Source: Ginkgo biloba
Lineage: Eukaryota; Plantae; Ginkgophyta
Reading direction: 5' to 3'
NCBI GenBank assembly: GCA_024626585.2
Contig: JANKJI020000004.1
Coordinates: 175,829,019 to 175,852,216 of the forward strand
DNA length: 23,198 bases
The notes beneath the pieces were generated by a model. That model was not told the DNA's origin. It saw nothing but the letters and a program-made list of their open reading frames with translations, and did not search any database. Within the stretch, counting starts at the first letter, position 1. Each line of letters begins with the position of its first letter. Shown piece by piece: positions 1-9,997 of this stretch. The position numbers were made by a program, and so were the translations under genes.

Positions 1-1034
1 GTTGGTGATCACACATACTTTATCTACATCAATGCCCTTATTCTTGCTTATGTATATCCATGTTTGTGTTCACCACCCCTTGTTTGCATGTTAGATACAC
101 TGACTAGGTAGTATTGTAGATAGTAAGCACGTCATACAGAAGAGGAAGGTAATATGTCTCTTCCAACAACATCTTGTATCATGTGTGGTGTGCACAGTTA
201 CTACATATGAATACATATTGTGTTGTCATATCCTTCAATTTGTTGTATCATGTACCTTGTGTTAACAGTTGCAATGGATGGATATATATTGTGTTGACGC
301 ATCCTCTCATATCACTGTAACTAGTATGTACAAATATGCCAATAATATAAGTTAGATAAAAGAACTAGGCTTCATTGCTTCAATTGCTTATAAGAAAGTA
401 TTCCATTATCTTCGCACTCAGATTTAACAACACTCTCATCATTTCCTCTCAGTGCATTCATTCGATTTTGGGTTGCACTATCTGCTGCTGAAGATTTAAC
501 AGGATGGTTGAACGTGAAACAAATTTTTTGCTTGACTGTTCTTGAGAGAAACTTACTCCAAACTACTCTTAAATACTTATAAGCAAGTAGGTTTAGTTTA
601 CAATGCACATAGCCCAAGATGTTTACATTTATTGTGGACAATGTTTGTGGGAAAATTTGACAGACACCCTTTGCATACTGGGGATGTGATAATTATATAT
701 TTACTGTACTCACTCCAATGTATCATTCCTGAGGCATATCTCTAATGCCAAATTTTTGGTAGTGCTCTTGCAGATGATGAAAAGAATTAATTCTGTACAC
801 ATGAAACATTACTACTATTAAAGGCTGCACATGGTTTTTTATGGTTAGATGATGTGTGTAGCAAAATGCTGCTTAATTATCTGGAATTGCAAGAAATCAG
901 AGAATTTCTGCATTGTGGTAGATAATATTTTCAGAATCGAGGACCAAATGAAATTTCATCTGAACTTGGCTTCCACTTTGCATATTTTTTCCCAAAGTTT
1001 TGTAGCTTATAAGCAATAAACATTGTTGGTGCAG

Positions 1035-1101
1035 GTACGGAAAAGGGCGTTGGAAATTCATTCTTGAAAAAAATCGTGAAATTTTTGAAGAGAGAACTGA
1101 G
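1035..1101 (+). CDS. TRFL: Internal exon of telobox-Myb (TRF-like) telomere-repeat-binding family protein
   Basis: Acceptor ttggtgcag|G at 1034/1035 and donor GAG|gtaaac at 1101/1102. Phase-2 start, then YGKGRWKFILEKNREIFEERTE, which corresponds to helices 2-3 of the telobox Myb domain (G-G-W..I....F..RT). The upstream helix-1 exon is not in the window. Confidence 0.9.
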
Positions 1102-1255
1102 GTAAACATGGAGAAAGTTGGATCTGAGACAAACTGTGTCACTGTTGGTTTTCAGTGATTTTCTTTAATAAAACCACTCAAAATTTGGTTTCTGCTAACA
1201 ACTATGTTTAGCTCTTTTCTTAATGTATTAGAATTTAACATTTCTCTCTTTCTAG

Positions 1256-1315
1256 GTGGATCTGAAGGACAAGTGGCGAAATATTGCAAAGCGAGAAGGA
1301 CTACATTTAAAGCAT
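1256..1315 (+). CDS. TRFL: Last visible exon of the TRF-like Myb protein (partial; stop codon lost in gap 1316-1415)
   Basis: A 154-bp intron (1102-1255) ends with a pyrimidine tract tttctctctttctag. The exon reads VDLKDKWRNIAKREGLHLKH, containing the diagnostic telobox motif LKDKWRN, in frame with the previous exon. Confidence 0.9.
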
Positions 1316-1515
1316 NNNNNNNNNNNNNNNNNNNNNNNNNNNNNNNNNNNNNNNNNNNNNNNNNNNNNNNNNNNNNNNNNNNNNNNNNNNNNNNNNNNNN
1401 NNNNNNNNNNNNNNNTCAATTGTCAATTAATTTTAATTCATAGTATCCTTTTCGATATAATCGTACTTAATCCAAATTAATATTTTATTAATCATGATTA
1501 ATAATCTTTTAATTT

Positions 1516-1641
1516 GGAGAATTCCAAGATTAGATTACAACACACGTTACAAGATGATGATTATATTTTTTTAATCGAGGGAATTACAAGATTAAGATTA
1601 CAACACGCATTACAAGATGATGATTATATTTTTTTATGCGA
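1516..1641. repeat. 63-bp tandem duplication (2 copies)
   Basis: 1516-1578 and 1579-1641 share caagatt(a)agattacaacac.c.ttacaagatgatgattatattttttta..cga with few differences. Confidence 0.9.
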
Positions 1642-3927
1642 TAGCATATGTCTCTTCTTATCCATTGTAAAAATAATGTTATGCCCTTTCAATCTTAGAG
1701 TAAAGAACATATTTTGTTCAAGGCAATCTTTGATCTTATCTTAACTTTTGCGTAATAACTACATTGAGTTGTGTGACTTTAGTTTAGTGTCAACTTCAGT
1801 CTAATCCAATTCCATTTGCTCTCTGCATAGCAATGTTGTTATAAATGCACTAGGCTCTCTTCTTTCATCTCTGGCATCATATATTAATAGTCTTCAAAAT
1901 ATCTACATGCTTGATCGTTTGCATCCACATTACTTATTTGATGTCTCACCACTAGGCTACCCTCTACAAGATCTAAAAATCTCTTCATTACTCTTATTGT
2001 ACTTTTCTTATGAGCACATGAAGTAGGCATTAACACAGTTTATATTATACAATGTGCATTAAAACTTTACACTCAAAATTTTATTCCATTTTCCTTTGTT
2101 GCAATATTTATTGAAGGAATCAAAACTGAACATCGGTTTGCTATTTGATTTTTTGCTTGGGTTGTTTTTTACCAATTAGTAGTTTAAAGAGGAGGATAAT
2201 GAACGGTTATCTTTCCTATATGACCAAGAAGTGTAGTTTTAGTGTCTAGTTGTCCTGTGTTGATAAGCTCTTGTAACAATAGGCAGCTAGAGCTTTATCC
2301 TATAAAGATCAAATGATGGCATGTTTCTAATTGTATGTTAGTTTGAATGCATACTAAGTGCACTGGTAAATAAGTCTAGGCTCAAACTTTGGGATTTATA
2401 AATAATAAGCTTGACCATATTACGAAAAAGCCCTGAAGTGAGAGTTACATTCAATCAACATAATGGGAGAGTTTTGGTTTAGTCTTGACAAGTGGTAGGG
2501 GGGAACCGCTCAAGGTAATTGTGATTGTTCCCTTGTGGAATTTTTTATTTTGATTTCCTTAGGCAAATTCCTCATAAAACCTCATTTTTCATGGTTTTGT
2601 TCATGGTGCTTGTTTGAGTTGATTGACAAACAATGTTGAAAATTAAATCTATCTATTACTATCCTATTTAAGGAATAAAAAGAAAACTAAATGAAAATAG
2701 TTCTTTGTTTTTCCTTTATCAGTCTTCAAACAACGAATTTGCCTGAAATTAAACTAAATAAAATATTGCTAATGAACAGGCATGGACATACCTGTCATTG
2801 ATGCTTCTTGATTTCTAATCCACACCTTGCTTTGTTGGTTCATTGTTTATCCTTGCCTGTTCTCTTTGTCTGATCTTGTAGAAATCTGCAATAGCTTGCA
2901 ATTGCAAACAACAATTCTACTTTTTACTAGGCTATCATTACCTTAGCTACTTAACAAAGCTTGAACATTTATCAATCACAACACTCTATTTAATATGGAA
3001 TTCACCAATATGCAGATGTCAAAGTTATCACTAGAATGCTTATTGCCTTGAGAATTCAATATCTACTAAAATGTAGTGAAAATCACAATCTTTGATCTAA
3101 TGCATACTTCAGAAACACAAATTGTAAACCTTAGACAAACCTAACACAAATTTTGGATCAAAATCTAGATGACGAAGCTATACTGGTTGTTGGGGGTGTC
3201 ATCCTCAATGGCTTGTCCTAAGACCACCCTTTGTCTCAATGCCTCTATTCATCTCTGCCTTGGGCTATGATACTGGCAAAACTTTATACTTGATGATAAA
3301 AATCTAAATCTGAGTTCAATATGTCTGAAATCCATCTAATTATCTAGTGCTATCCTTTGTTCATCAATCCTAGGTGTGCTTTTATAGGGAAAAATCTAGG
3401 GATTTGAAGGGCCAAGAAGCAATTCATNNNNNNNNNNNNNNNNNNNNNNNNNNNNNNNNNNNNNNNNNNNNNNNNNNNNNNNNNNNNNNNNNNNNNNNNN
3501 NNNNNNNNNNNNNNNNNNNNNNNNNNNNNNNNNNNNNNNNNNNNNNNNNNNNNNNNNNNNNNNNNNNNNNNNNNNNNNNNNNNNNNNNNNNNNNNNNNNN
3601 NNNNNNNNNNNNNNNNNNNNNNNNNNNNNNNNNNNNNNNNNNNNNNNNNNNNNNNNNNNNNNNNNNNNNNNNNNNNNNNNNNNNNNNNNNNNNNNNNNNN
3701 NNNNNNNNNNNNNNNNNNNNNNNNNNNNNNNNNNNNNNNNNNNNNNNNNNNNNNNNNNNNNNNNNNNNNNNNNNNNNNNNNNNNNNNNNNNNNNNNNNNN
3801 NNNNNNNNNNNNNNNNNNNNNNNNNNNNNNNNNNNNNNNNNNNNNNNNNNNNNNNNNNNNNNNNNNNNNNNNNNNNNNNNNNNNNNNNNNNNNNNNNNNN
3901 NNNNNNNNNNNNNNNNNNNNNNNNNNN

Positions 3928-4717
3928 TCCCGATAAGTGTTAGCAGCTGTGTTGGATCTGGTTAGCCCTGACATTTTATATAAGTTGGTAGCAACCATGA
4001 GTTAGTAGTGGGTTTAGTTGAATGTTAGCGTTTGACCACCTGATGTTGCTCAAGTGTCATTGGGACATTTGGGGGTCACATGGGGCTCATGATGATGAGT
4101 TGTAGGATTAAATTTATCATACGATAATGTTTTGTGTGCCCTTGAAGCCATGATTAGACCCTAGAAGGTGTAAACCNNNNNNNNNNNNNNGAAGCCTATA
4201 AGTTAGGAACATAATGACCCTAAAACAGCTTAGTTTGGTCTTCTGGAGAAGCTAGAACAAGGGCATTGGAGTTCTTAACATTAAGTAGCATTTTGGAGCC
4301 TAAACAGTAGTGTCAGTCGACGTAGTAGAAGCCGGAGTCAAGTGGCAGGAGTTTAGGCTATATAAGAACTGGTCTTCTCTTCATTTCATCATTAGTTTTT
4401 ATCAACAATTTCTACTTGTTTTCTTTTGGAAGAAAAACCTTTCTAGAAGTAGGTGCTTCGTTCTTGCTCTCTGTGTGTAGCAGGTGGCCCCACCTCAATT
4501 CTCTCTGTCATTCTCATCTCTCTCTATAATTCTTATTTGGGTAGCAGGTGCTCCCATCGCTCTTTAGCTCATCTTCTTTCTTCCACCCTACTCTTTTCTC
4601 TTTCTCAGTGAATTCATGTTGGCATTAGTGATTATTTTATCATCTTTATATTATTTGTGGATAGATCTTGTTATTTTTTCTTATTTCTTTACTAAGTTCC
4701 TTGTTTGGGGCCTTACA
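3928..4717 (+). repeat. 5' LTR (5' boundary probably inside gap 3428-3927)
   Basis: Ends in CA two bases before the PBS. Contains TATATAA (4359-4365) followed by a CT-rich R/U5-like tract. Confidence 0.7.
4359..4365 (+). promoter_or_regulatory. TATA box of the LTR promoter
   Basis: ggcTATATAAgaact inside the LTR, about 350 bp upstream of the LTR end. Confidence 0.55.
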
Positions 4718-4719
4718 AG

Positions 4720-4732
4720 TGCTATTAGAGCC
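4720..4732 (+). other. Primer-binding site complementary to the 3' end of initiator tRNA-Met
   Basis: tgctattagagcc versus the canonical plant PBS tggtatcagagcc (2 mismatches), located 2 nt after the LTR terminal CA. Confidence 0.8.
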
Positions 4733-4760
4733 AGCAATGATCTGAGAACAAATATAGCGC

Positions 4761-5888
4761 ATGTTACAGACTCAACAACAATTGAAGAACATGGAAGAAA
4801 AAGAGACAATTCTAGAATGCGCCAAAGACCTATGGGATGCGGTCTATAAGTTACAAGATGAATTCAAAGACTTTAAAACGTGCTTCACAAGACTTGAAGA
4901 TGGTAGCAACATCAATTCAAGCGCCCAAATGATATTGCACAAAGAACAACAAGAGACCCATCACATACAAAGGAAAAACAATAGAAATGGAAACAATGAT
5001 TGAGGAGCAAGGATCACGTACAACATCCATTCAAAGNNNNNNNNNNNNNNNNNNNNNNNNNNNNNNNNNNNNNNNNNNNNNNNNNNNNNNNNNNNNNNNN
5101 NNNNNNNNNNNNNNTTAGTTTTGATGGTCCAATAGAACCACAAGAAGGGATACTTAAATTAGAATGTGTAGTTGAGCAAATTGAATTATATGGAGAAGTG
5201 GACAAAGTGCGTTTTTCTTTACAATATAAAGACGCGGCCGTACGCATATGGGTATCTAGGTGGGTGAAGGAGCATGTGGAAACCAATGTAACATTTGGGT
5301 TATTTTGAGATGATCTATACAAAAGGGCAGATAGAAATTGGGGTTATCCATATAACTTCCAACTTGCAAATATGATATGCCACAACATCCTTGAATTCAA
5401 CATCGGCAATCTAAGTACAAAATTAAGGGTAGAAGTAAGGATGCAAAAGCCAAAGAATCTAGAAGACAATTTTCTTGGCAAGACAAGTAGAAGAAAGCCA
5501 TCAAGCATATGGAGACGACGTGTTCAACCATAGAGAGGAACATAAAATTTCCAATCCGAATGACAGCCATAAGGAAAGCTACAACATTCACAAGCCAAAG
5601 GTCCACAAATCTTGAAGGAAGTAGCGAAGAAAGAAGAAGGAGGTAATGCACCACTTGTAGAGAACCATTTACCAAGAATCATGAATGTAAAAACTACAAA
5701 AATGATTTTTCATGGCAGGAGTGCATAAGGAAGAACAAGAAGAGGAAATTTTGAGTGAAGAGAAGCTAAAGATGAAGGGTAAGGAAGGGACAATAACAAT
5801 GACAAGGATGGCATTATAGAAGAACCAATACACAAATACCTCTTCAAATAGGGAAGGTAGAAGTATCCTTGGCAGTAATGACGGGGTT
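4761..5888 (+). pseudogene. Degenerate gag of the gypsy element
   Basis: ATG shortly after the PBS with a coiled-coil-like start. Contains an SFDGP..P segment, a zinc-knuckle-like CTTCREPFTKNHEC (5647-5688), an acidic EEQEEEI stretch and VSLAVMTG (cf. ISLHAMTG preceding protease in plant gypsy). Interrupted by stops. Confidence 0.7.
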
Positions 5889-5912
5889 NNNNNNNNNNNN
5901 NNNNNNNNNNNN

Positions 5913-6270
5913 TATATACAGAAATCTAAGTTATTCATAATGGTGGATTTCGGAGGTACACATAACTTTTTTGATCCAAGACAGATTTAGAATCTAGGAC
6001 TCCACCACTAAAGGAATAGGTTCATAGTGTTTATCCTAGGGCATGGTGAAATAACACGCGAAGGGATAGTCGAAAATGTCCAAGTACAATTGGGAGATTA
6101 CATGCTAAAGGATTCTTTCTNNNNNNNNNNNNNNNNNNNNNNNNNNNNNNNNNNNNNNNNNNNNNNNNNNNNNNNNNNNNNNACCTTGGGAACTTATGGA
6201 ACAAATCATGATCTAGATTTCCTATCTTTAAACTCCAAGGGAAACTATACAAATTTTTCGGCATAATGGC
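5913..6270 (+). pseudogene. Degenerate retropepsin (aspartic protease)
   Basis: IMVDFGGTHNFFD at 5937-5975 (cf. LVDSGSTHNFI), then VQVQLGDY..KDSF and TLGTY..N, typical of the plant gypsy protease C-half. Confidence 0.8.
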
Positions 6271-6641
6271 AACAACCAACAAGGTTGTCAACTCCCAACA
6301 AATAGATAAGATTCTCTGAATGGGACATCTAGGCTTTTTTGCATGATTATGCAGGATGAAAGCCTAACTGGACCTGGCAATCCACAAAGAAGACGTACAC
6401 AAGAGCAAAAAGAAGATATCGATTGAATCTTAAAGAAACACAAGGAAGTCTTCCAAGATCTACTAGAAACANNNNNNNNNNNNNNNNNNNNNNNNNNNNN
6501 NNNNNNNNNNNNNNAAATTGAGCATGGGAAGGGGTCCACAATTGTAAAACCCTTCGGGTACAACTTTTCACCTCGAAAACAAAAATAGAGTGACTAATGT
6601 AGGATCTAATAGACCTGGGAGCACTTACAGGTAGCAAAATT

Positions 6642-6794
6642 CCATACGTTGCACCTGTAGTGCTTGCTAGAAAGAAAGACTATTTGTTTAGGCTATGTGT
6701 AGAGTACAAAGCACTAAACAAGATAATGAATAGAAATAACTTTTTGATTCCATGCATAGATGATCTTATGGATGAACTCAATGGGACATGATAC
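6642..6794 (+). pseudogene. Reverse transcriptase N-terminal motifs (truncated)
   Basis: PYVAPVVLARKKDYLFRLCVEYKALNKIMNRNNFLIPCIDDLMDELNGT* matches the gypsy RT consensus SP..V.KKDG..RLCVDYRALN..T..N.FPIP.IDDL.DEL.GA. Confidence 0.9.
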
Positions 6795-7554
6795 NNNNNN
6801 NNNNNNNNNNNNNNNNNNNNNNNNNNNNNNNNNNNNNNNNNNNNNNNNNNNNNNNNNNNNNNNNNNNNNNNNNNNNNNNNNNNNNNNNNNNNNNTACTAA
6901 AGTAATGAGATATTGTTTTCCCCCAAAAAAGAATAAATCCCCTATATTATTTTTCATTTTTTATTGCATTATTATGACACTGTTGCCAAATACTTCGACA
7001 ATCTATGAACAAGGAGGTTCTCCATAAAAGGCATTGATGGTACTAGCCTGCGCACAGGGCAAAATGGAAACAGTAAGAGACAGCAAATTCCCTTGTGGAG
7101 ACATTGCAAAAGTAATGAATAGAAAATGACCTTCAAAGGGTTTTCTTATATATGCTGAGGAGGCCCACCTATGATGTCCTGTCTAGGAGATTGAGTCAAC
7201 CTCTAGTGGATTTCATTTTGCCAAATAGGATGACTCTGGGGCCCACAATGGCTCTGATTGTTGAGTTCTCTGGAGTCCGCTGTTTGTGAAATGTTTATTT
7301 TTGAACTTGACCCCCAAAACTGGGCTATCCCTTTTCTGTTCCTGGCCATTCTTTCATGTCTTTGCCTCCCTTCCCTTCCCTCACTAAACTGGCTGCCTTC
7401 CCATTGCCTCATTTCCATAAAGCCCATTACCCACCACCAAGCATAGAGGCATGGAGGATAAGTGATAGTACAGGGGAATACAGAGCCAACGTGGGAGTAA
7501 ATAAAACATAAAAAAAATCAAATTCACACTAAGTGTAATAACTGAAGAATATCG

Positions 7555-7989
7555 ATGACATCAAAATATGTAATCACTATCTACAGTGAACTCTGTATGC
7601 GGAGTACGTAGTTTCAGTTCATTCGTTTATTTGAAACCCTGCGTATCTTTTTGTGTTCATAGGTGGATGTTTTCGTTTGTTCCATGTAATTCTGTTTATT
7701 TCTGCCTGTCCACTCTAGACGACTGTGTTTGTTTGGATCCTAGCATGCTTTCAAATTTGCATCTTGTTTTGATCACGTATTTTGCAGGTCCTTGCATTGC
7801 ATTTGGCTTTGCAATTGGTACATCTCTTGTCTCAATTCTGAGTCAGTTTCAGCCGAATCATATTTTTGGTTTGGGTAATAGCTTTGTCCTATATTCTGCT
7901 TGCATATTATTTTCTGTTTTGTTGTATATGCATAGACTGAATTTTCTGTCTTGTTTGTATATTTTCAGTGGTATCTTTTGACTTCATAG
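7555..7989 (+). CDS. Putative micro-exon small ORF, join(7555-7603,7663-7685,7788-7817,7969-7989), 40 aa MTSKYVITIYSELCMRSGCFRLFHVLALHLALQLWYLLTS; hypothetical
   Basis: Three GT-AG introns with T-rich bodies (gtacgt..ttcatag 59 nt; gtaatt..tttgcag 102 nt; gtacat..ttttcag 151 nt). The joined frame is open from the first ATG after an in-frame stop to TAG. No homologue recognised. Confidence 0.25.
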
Positions 7990-9463
7990 GCAAACTTCAA
8001 ATTAATTGTGTATCAATCTAGCTATGCCCCTTTTGTTTCTCTGCGGTTATGCTCTTTTTGTTCAGCGAGCANNNNNNNNNNNNNNNNNNNNNNNNNNNNN
8101 NNNNNNNNNNNNNNNNNNNNNNNNNNNNNNNNNNNNNNNNNNNNNNNNNNNNNNNNNNNNNNNNNNNNNNNNNNNNNNNNNNNNNNNNNNNNNNNNNNNN
8201 NNNNNNNNNNNNNNNNNNNNNNNNNNNNNNNNNNNNNNNNNNNNNNNNNNNNNNNNNNNNNNNNNNNNNNNNNNNNNNNNNNNNNNNNNNNNNNNNNNNN
8301 NNNNNNNNNNNNNNNNNNNNNNNNNNNNNNATTGTAACCTTTGTTTGGTAAAATGCCTGGCTAACATATCAGTTCAGCTACATGTTATAAGGTACTTAGG
8401 ATCAAACTAGAAATATGTTAAAGTTTATTTGACGAGTGTCAAACTACTGTAGTGAAAGCTAAAACTTTGTTATATTTATGTGCGCTCCCCAATGCATATT
8501 CACAGCCATGGCATGTATTATCACGTTCTCACACAGCATTCATTTGGCAGCAAGATCACCATTTTTTAACTTAACCAATTATTAAAAATTATTGATATCC
8601 ATCCATGGTAGCAGTGGAGTGTTGAATTAGTCTGCACACGTGCTTGCAGTGTAGCAATGCCGGGAAAGTATGGAATTTATTGCAGTTTGGCTTCAGTTTA
8701 GAATGGGTTCAAAGTAAATAGGAAGCTATTCTGTAAAGATTGAACATGCTTTTGAAATTGGCAGCTCTGGATATTTTGTGATATAGTTGGTCATCAATAT
8801 GCATTTTCAGATATTTTACATGCCATGTCAATGCTTTCACAAGAAATTGCATTTTGGGGTTTAGAAGAAATGGAGGATTTTATGCTTCAGAGCTTGGTAA
8901 CCATTTTTCTTCTTGAGATGTATTTCCCCCAATGTTGCAACCCTATATGGTGATTGGTACCACTGATGGTTTGTAAAGGATCTTTGTTTTCCTTCGATCC
9001 TTTCCCAGGCCAAATCTTTTCACATGACTGTTGCAGCTTAGGTTGTTCCAGAATTGTATATGAAGGCACTTGTAGATGCTTATGATCTACAAAGAAATGC
9101 ATATGCACCCCTTCCAACTGTAGTTGATGCCCTTCGACCCATAAGAGGTGTACCATGCAATGTACACATATGGTGTGCTCACAAAAGTGATTTAATTTTC
9201 AATAAGGGCCAACTGTCTTGTCAAGTACATGAGATCTGGGCTCCTACCATCAGTGACAATAATTGGTCCAAAAGAGCTTGTATGATTTCTCTGTTATTCG
9301 TCTTCACTCTGGATGCTCAGAGTTTTTACGATTTTCTTTCTCATCATTCTCCAGTCTGGATGTTCATCACTTTTATTGGCCAATAAACACAAGGTGACAT
9401 GAGAGAATTGTCCGATTGTAGAGTTTCAAATCCAAGAATTTCCTGAAGATCTTCTCTGAATTT

Positions 9464-9997
9464 CTAAGTTACTGGGATCCACCATAGGGCCTCCTGTTTC
9501 TGTATACAAAACAGCTCAGGAGCTGGTACGCTATGGGAATGGCGTGGGCACAGTACAGGAATGTTTCCATGCAATATCCCTGTTGTATTCCAAATGGGTA
9601 TGGCTGCCAGTGGTATCCCAGCTGTTTCTGGCCTGAAAAAATGGTGGTTCCCTTCAATTTTTTCTCTAGTTCTTAAAGGCTAAAAAAGAGAAGCAGCAAA
9701 AATAGAAACAAAAAGCAACTTGAACAATTTAAAAAAAAAACAAAAAAAACTAACTAGAATTTTTATGCAAGATTTCAATCATAAAATGAATGCCCCCCAA
9801 AATATTTTAGTCATGCAAACATGCTATCATTGATGTGACATTTCTATTTTTATGTGTTCAGTTTCCATAATTTTCTATATTCTTAAACCCTAAAATTTAC
9901 TGTCCCTGAAAGTGAATCCTAAAATTTTGCAAGTTCCATATCCTGTACCAGTTCTGATACCTGTATCCGTTCCCATACCTTGCTCCCGGTAACTTAG
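9464..9997. mobile_element. Non-autonomous TIR DNA transposon (MITE, hAT-like)
   Basis: TIRs ctaagttactgggatc (9464-9479) and gctcccggtaacttag (9982-9997), 14/16 complementary. Subterminal GGTA(C/T)/GTA(C/T)C-rich motifs at both ends and an A/T-rich core. The 8-bp flanks ctgaattt / ccgaaatg match at only 5/8. Confidence 0.7.

Larger units (their letters stand above)
3928..6794 (+). mobile_element. Decayed Ty3/gypsy LTR retrotransposon (chromovirus-like), 5' LTR-PBS-gag-PR-RT, truncated by a gap
   Basis: LTR end ...ccttaCA (4717), Met-i PBS, gag remnants, aspartic protease motif, then RT N-terminus directly after the protease (gypsy order PR-RT). Many stops and frameshifts. Both ends abut N gaps. 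Confidence 0.9.

Noticed and set aside
2100-3427. LTR-like composition; likewise 14670-16900 and 20040-23198 (including the PPT-like aagtggggg near 20105)
   Set aside because: Probably decayed TE sequence, but no paired termini, PBS or coding motif could be fixed.
7586-7981. 131-aa hydrophobic ORF
   Set aside because: GTG start and an F/L/S/V-rich composition explained by T-rich intron-like DNA. It reads through the putative introns.
7555-7989. Faint resemblance of the spliced peptide to the S1-bZIP sucrose-control uORF (SE..RSG; C-terminal W/Y..S), and of another frame to the PLAC8 CPCxxFG or Vps55 VPMPC motifs
   Set aside because: The core RRRTHLVQSFSV is absent and no bZIP ORF follows. 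The flanking PLAC8 and Vps55 motifs are also absent.
9882-9895. aaaccctaaa telo-box-like motif / possible telomerase RNA template near a TRFL gene
   Set aside because: A single imperfect copy inside the MITE, with no Pol III USE+TATA promoter and no telomeric array.
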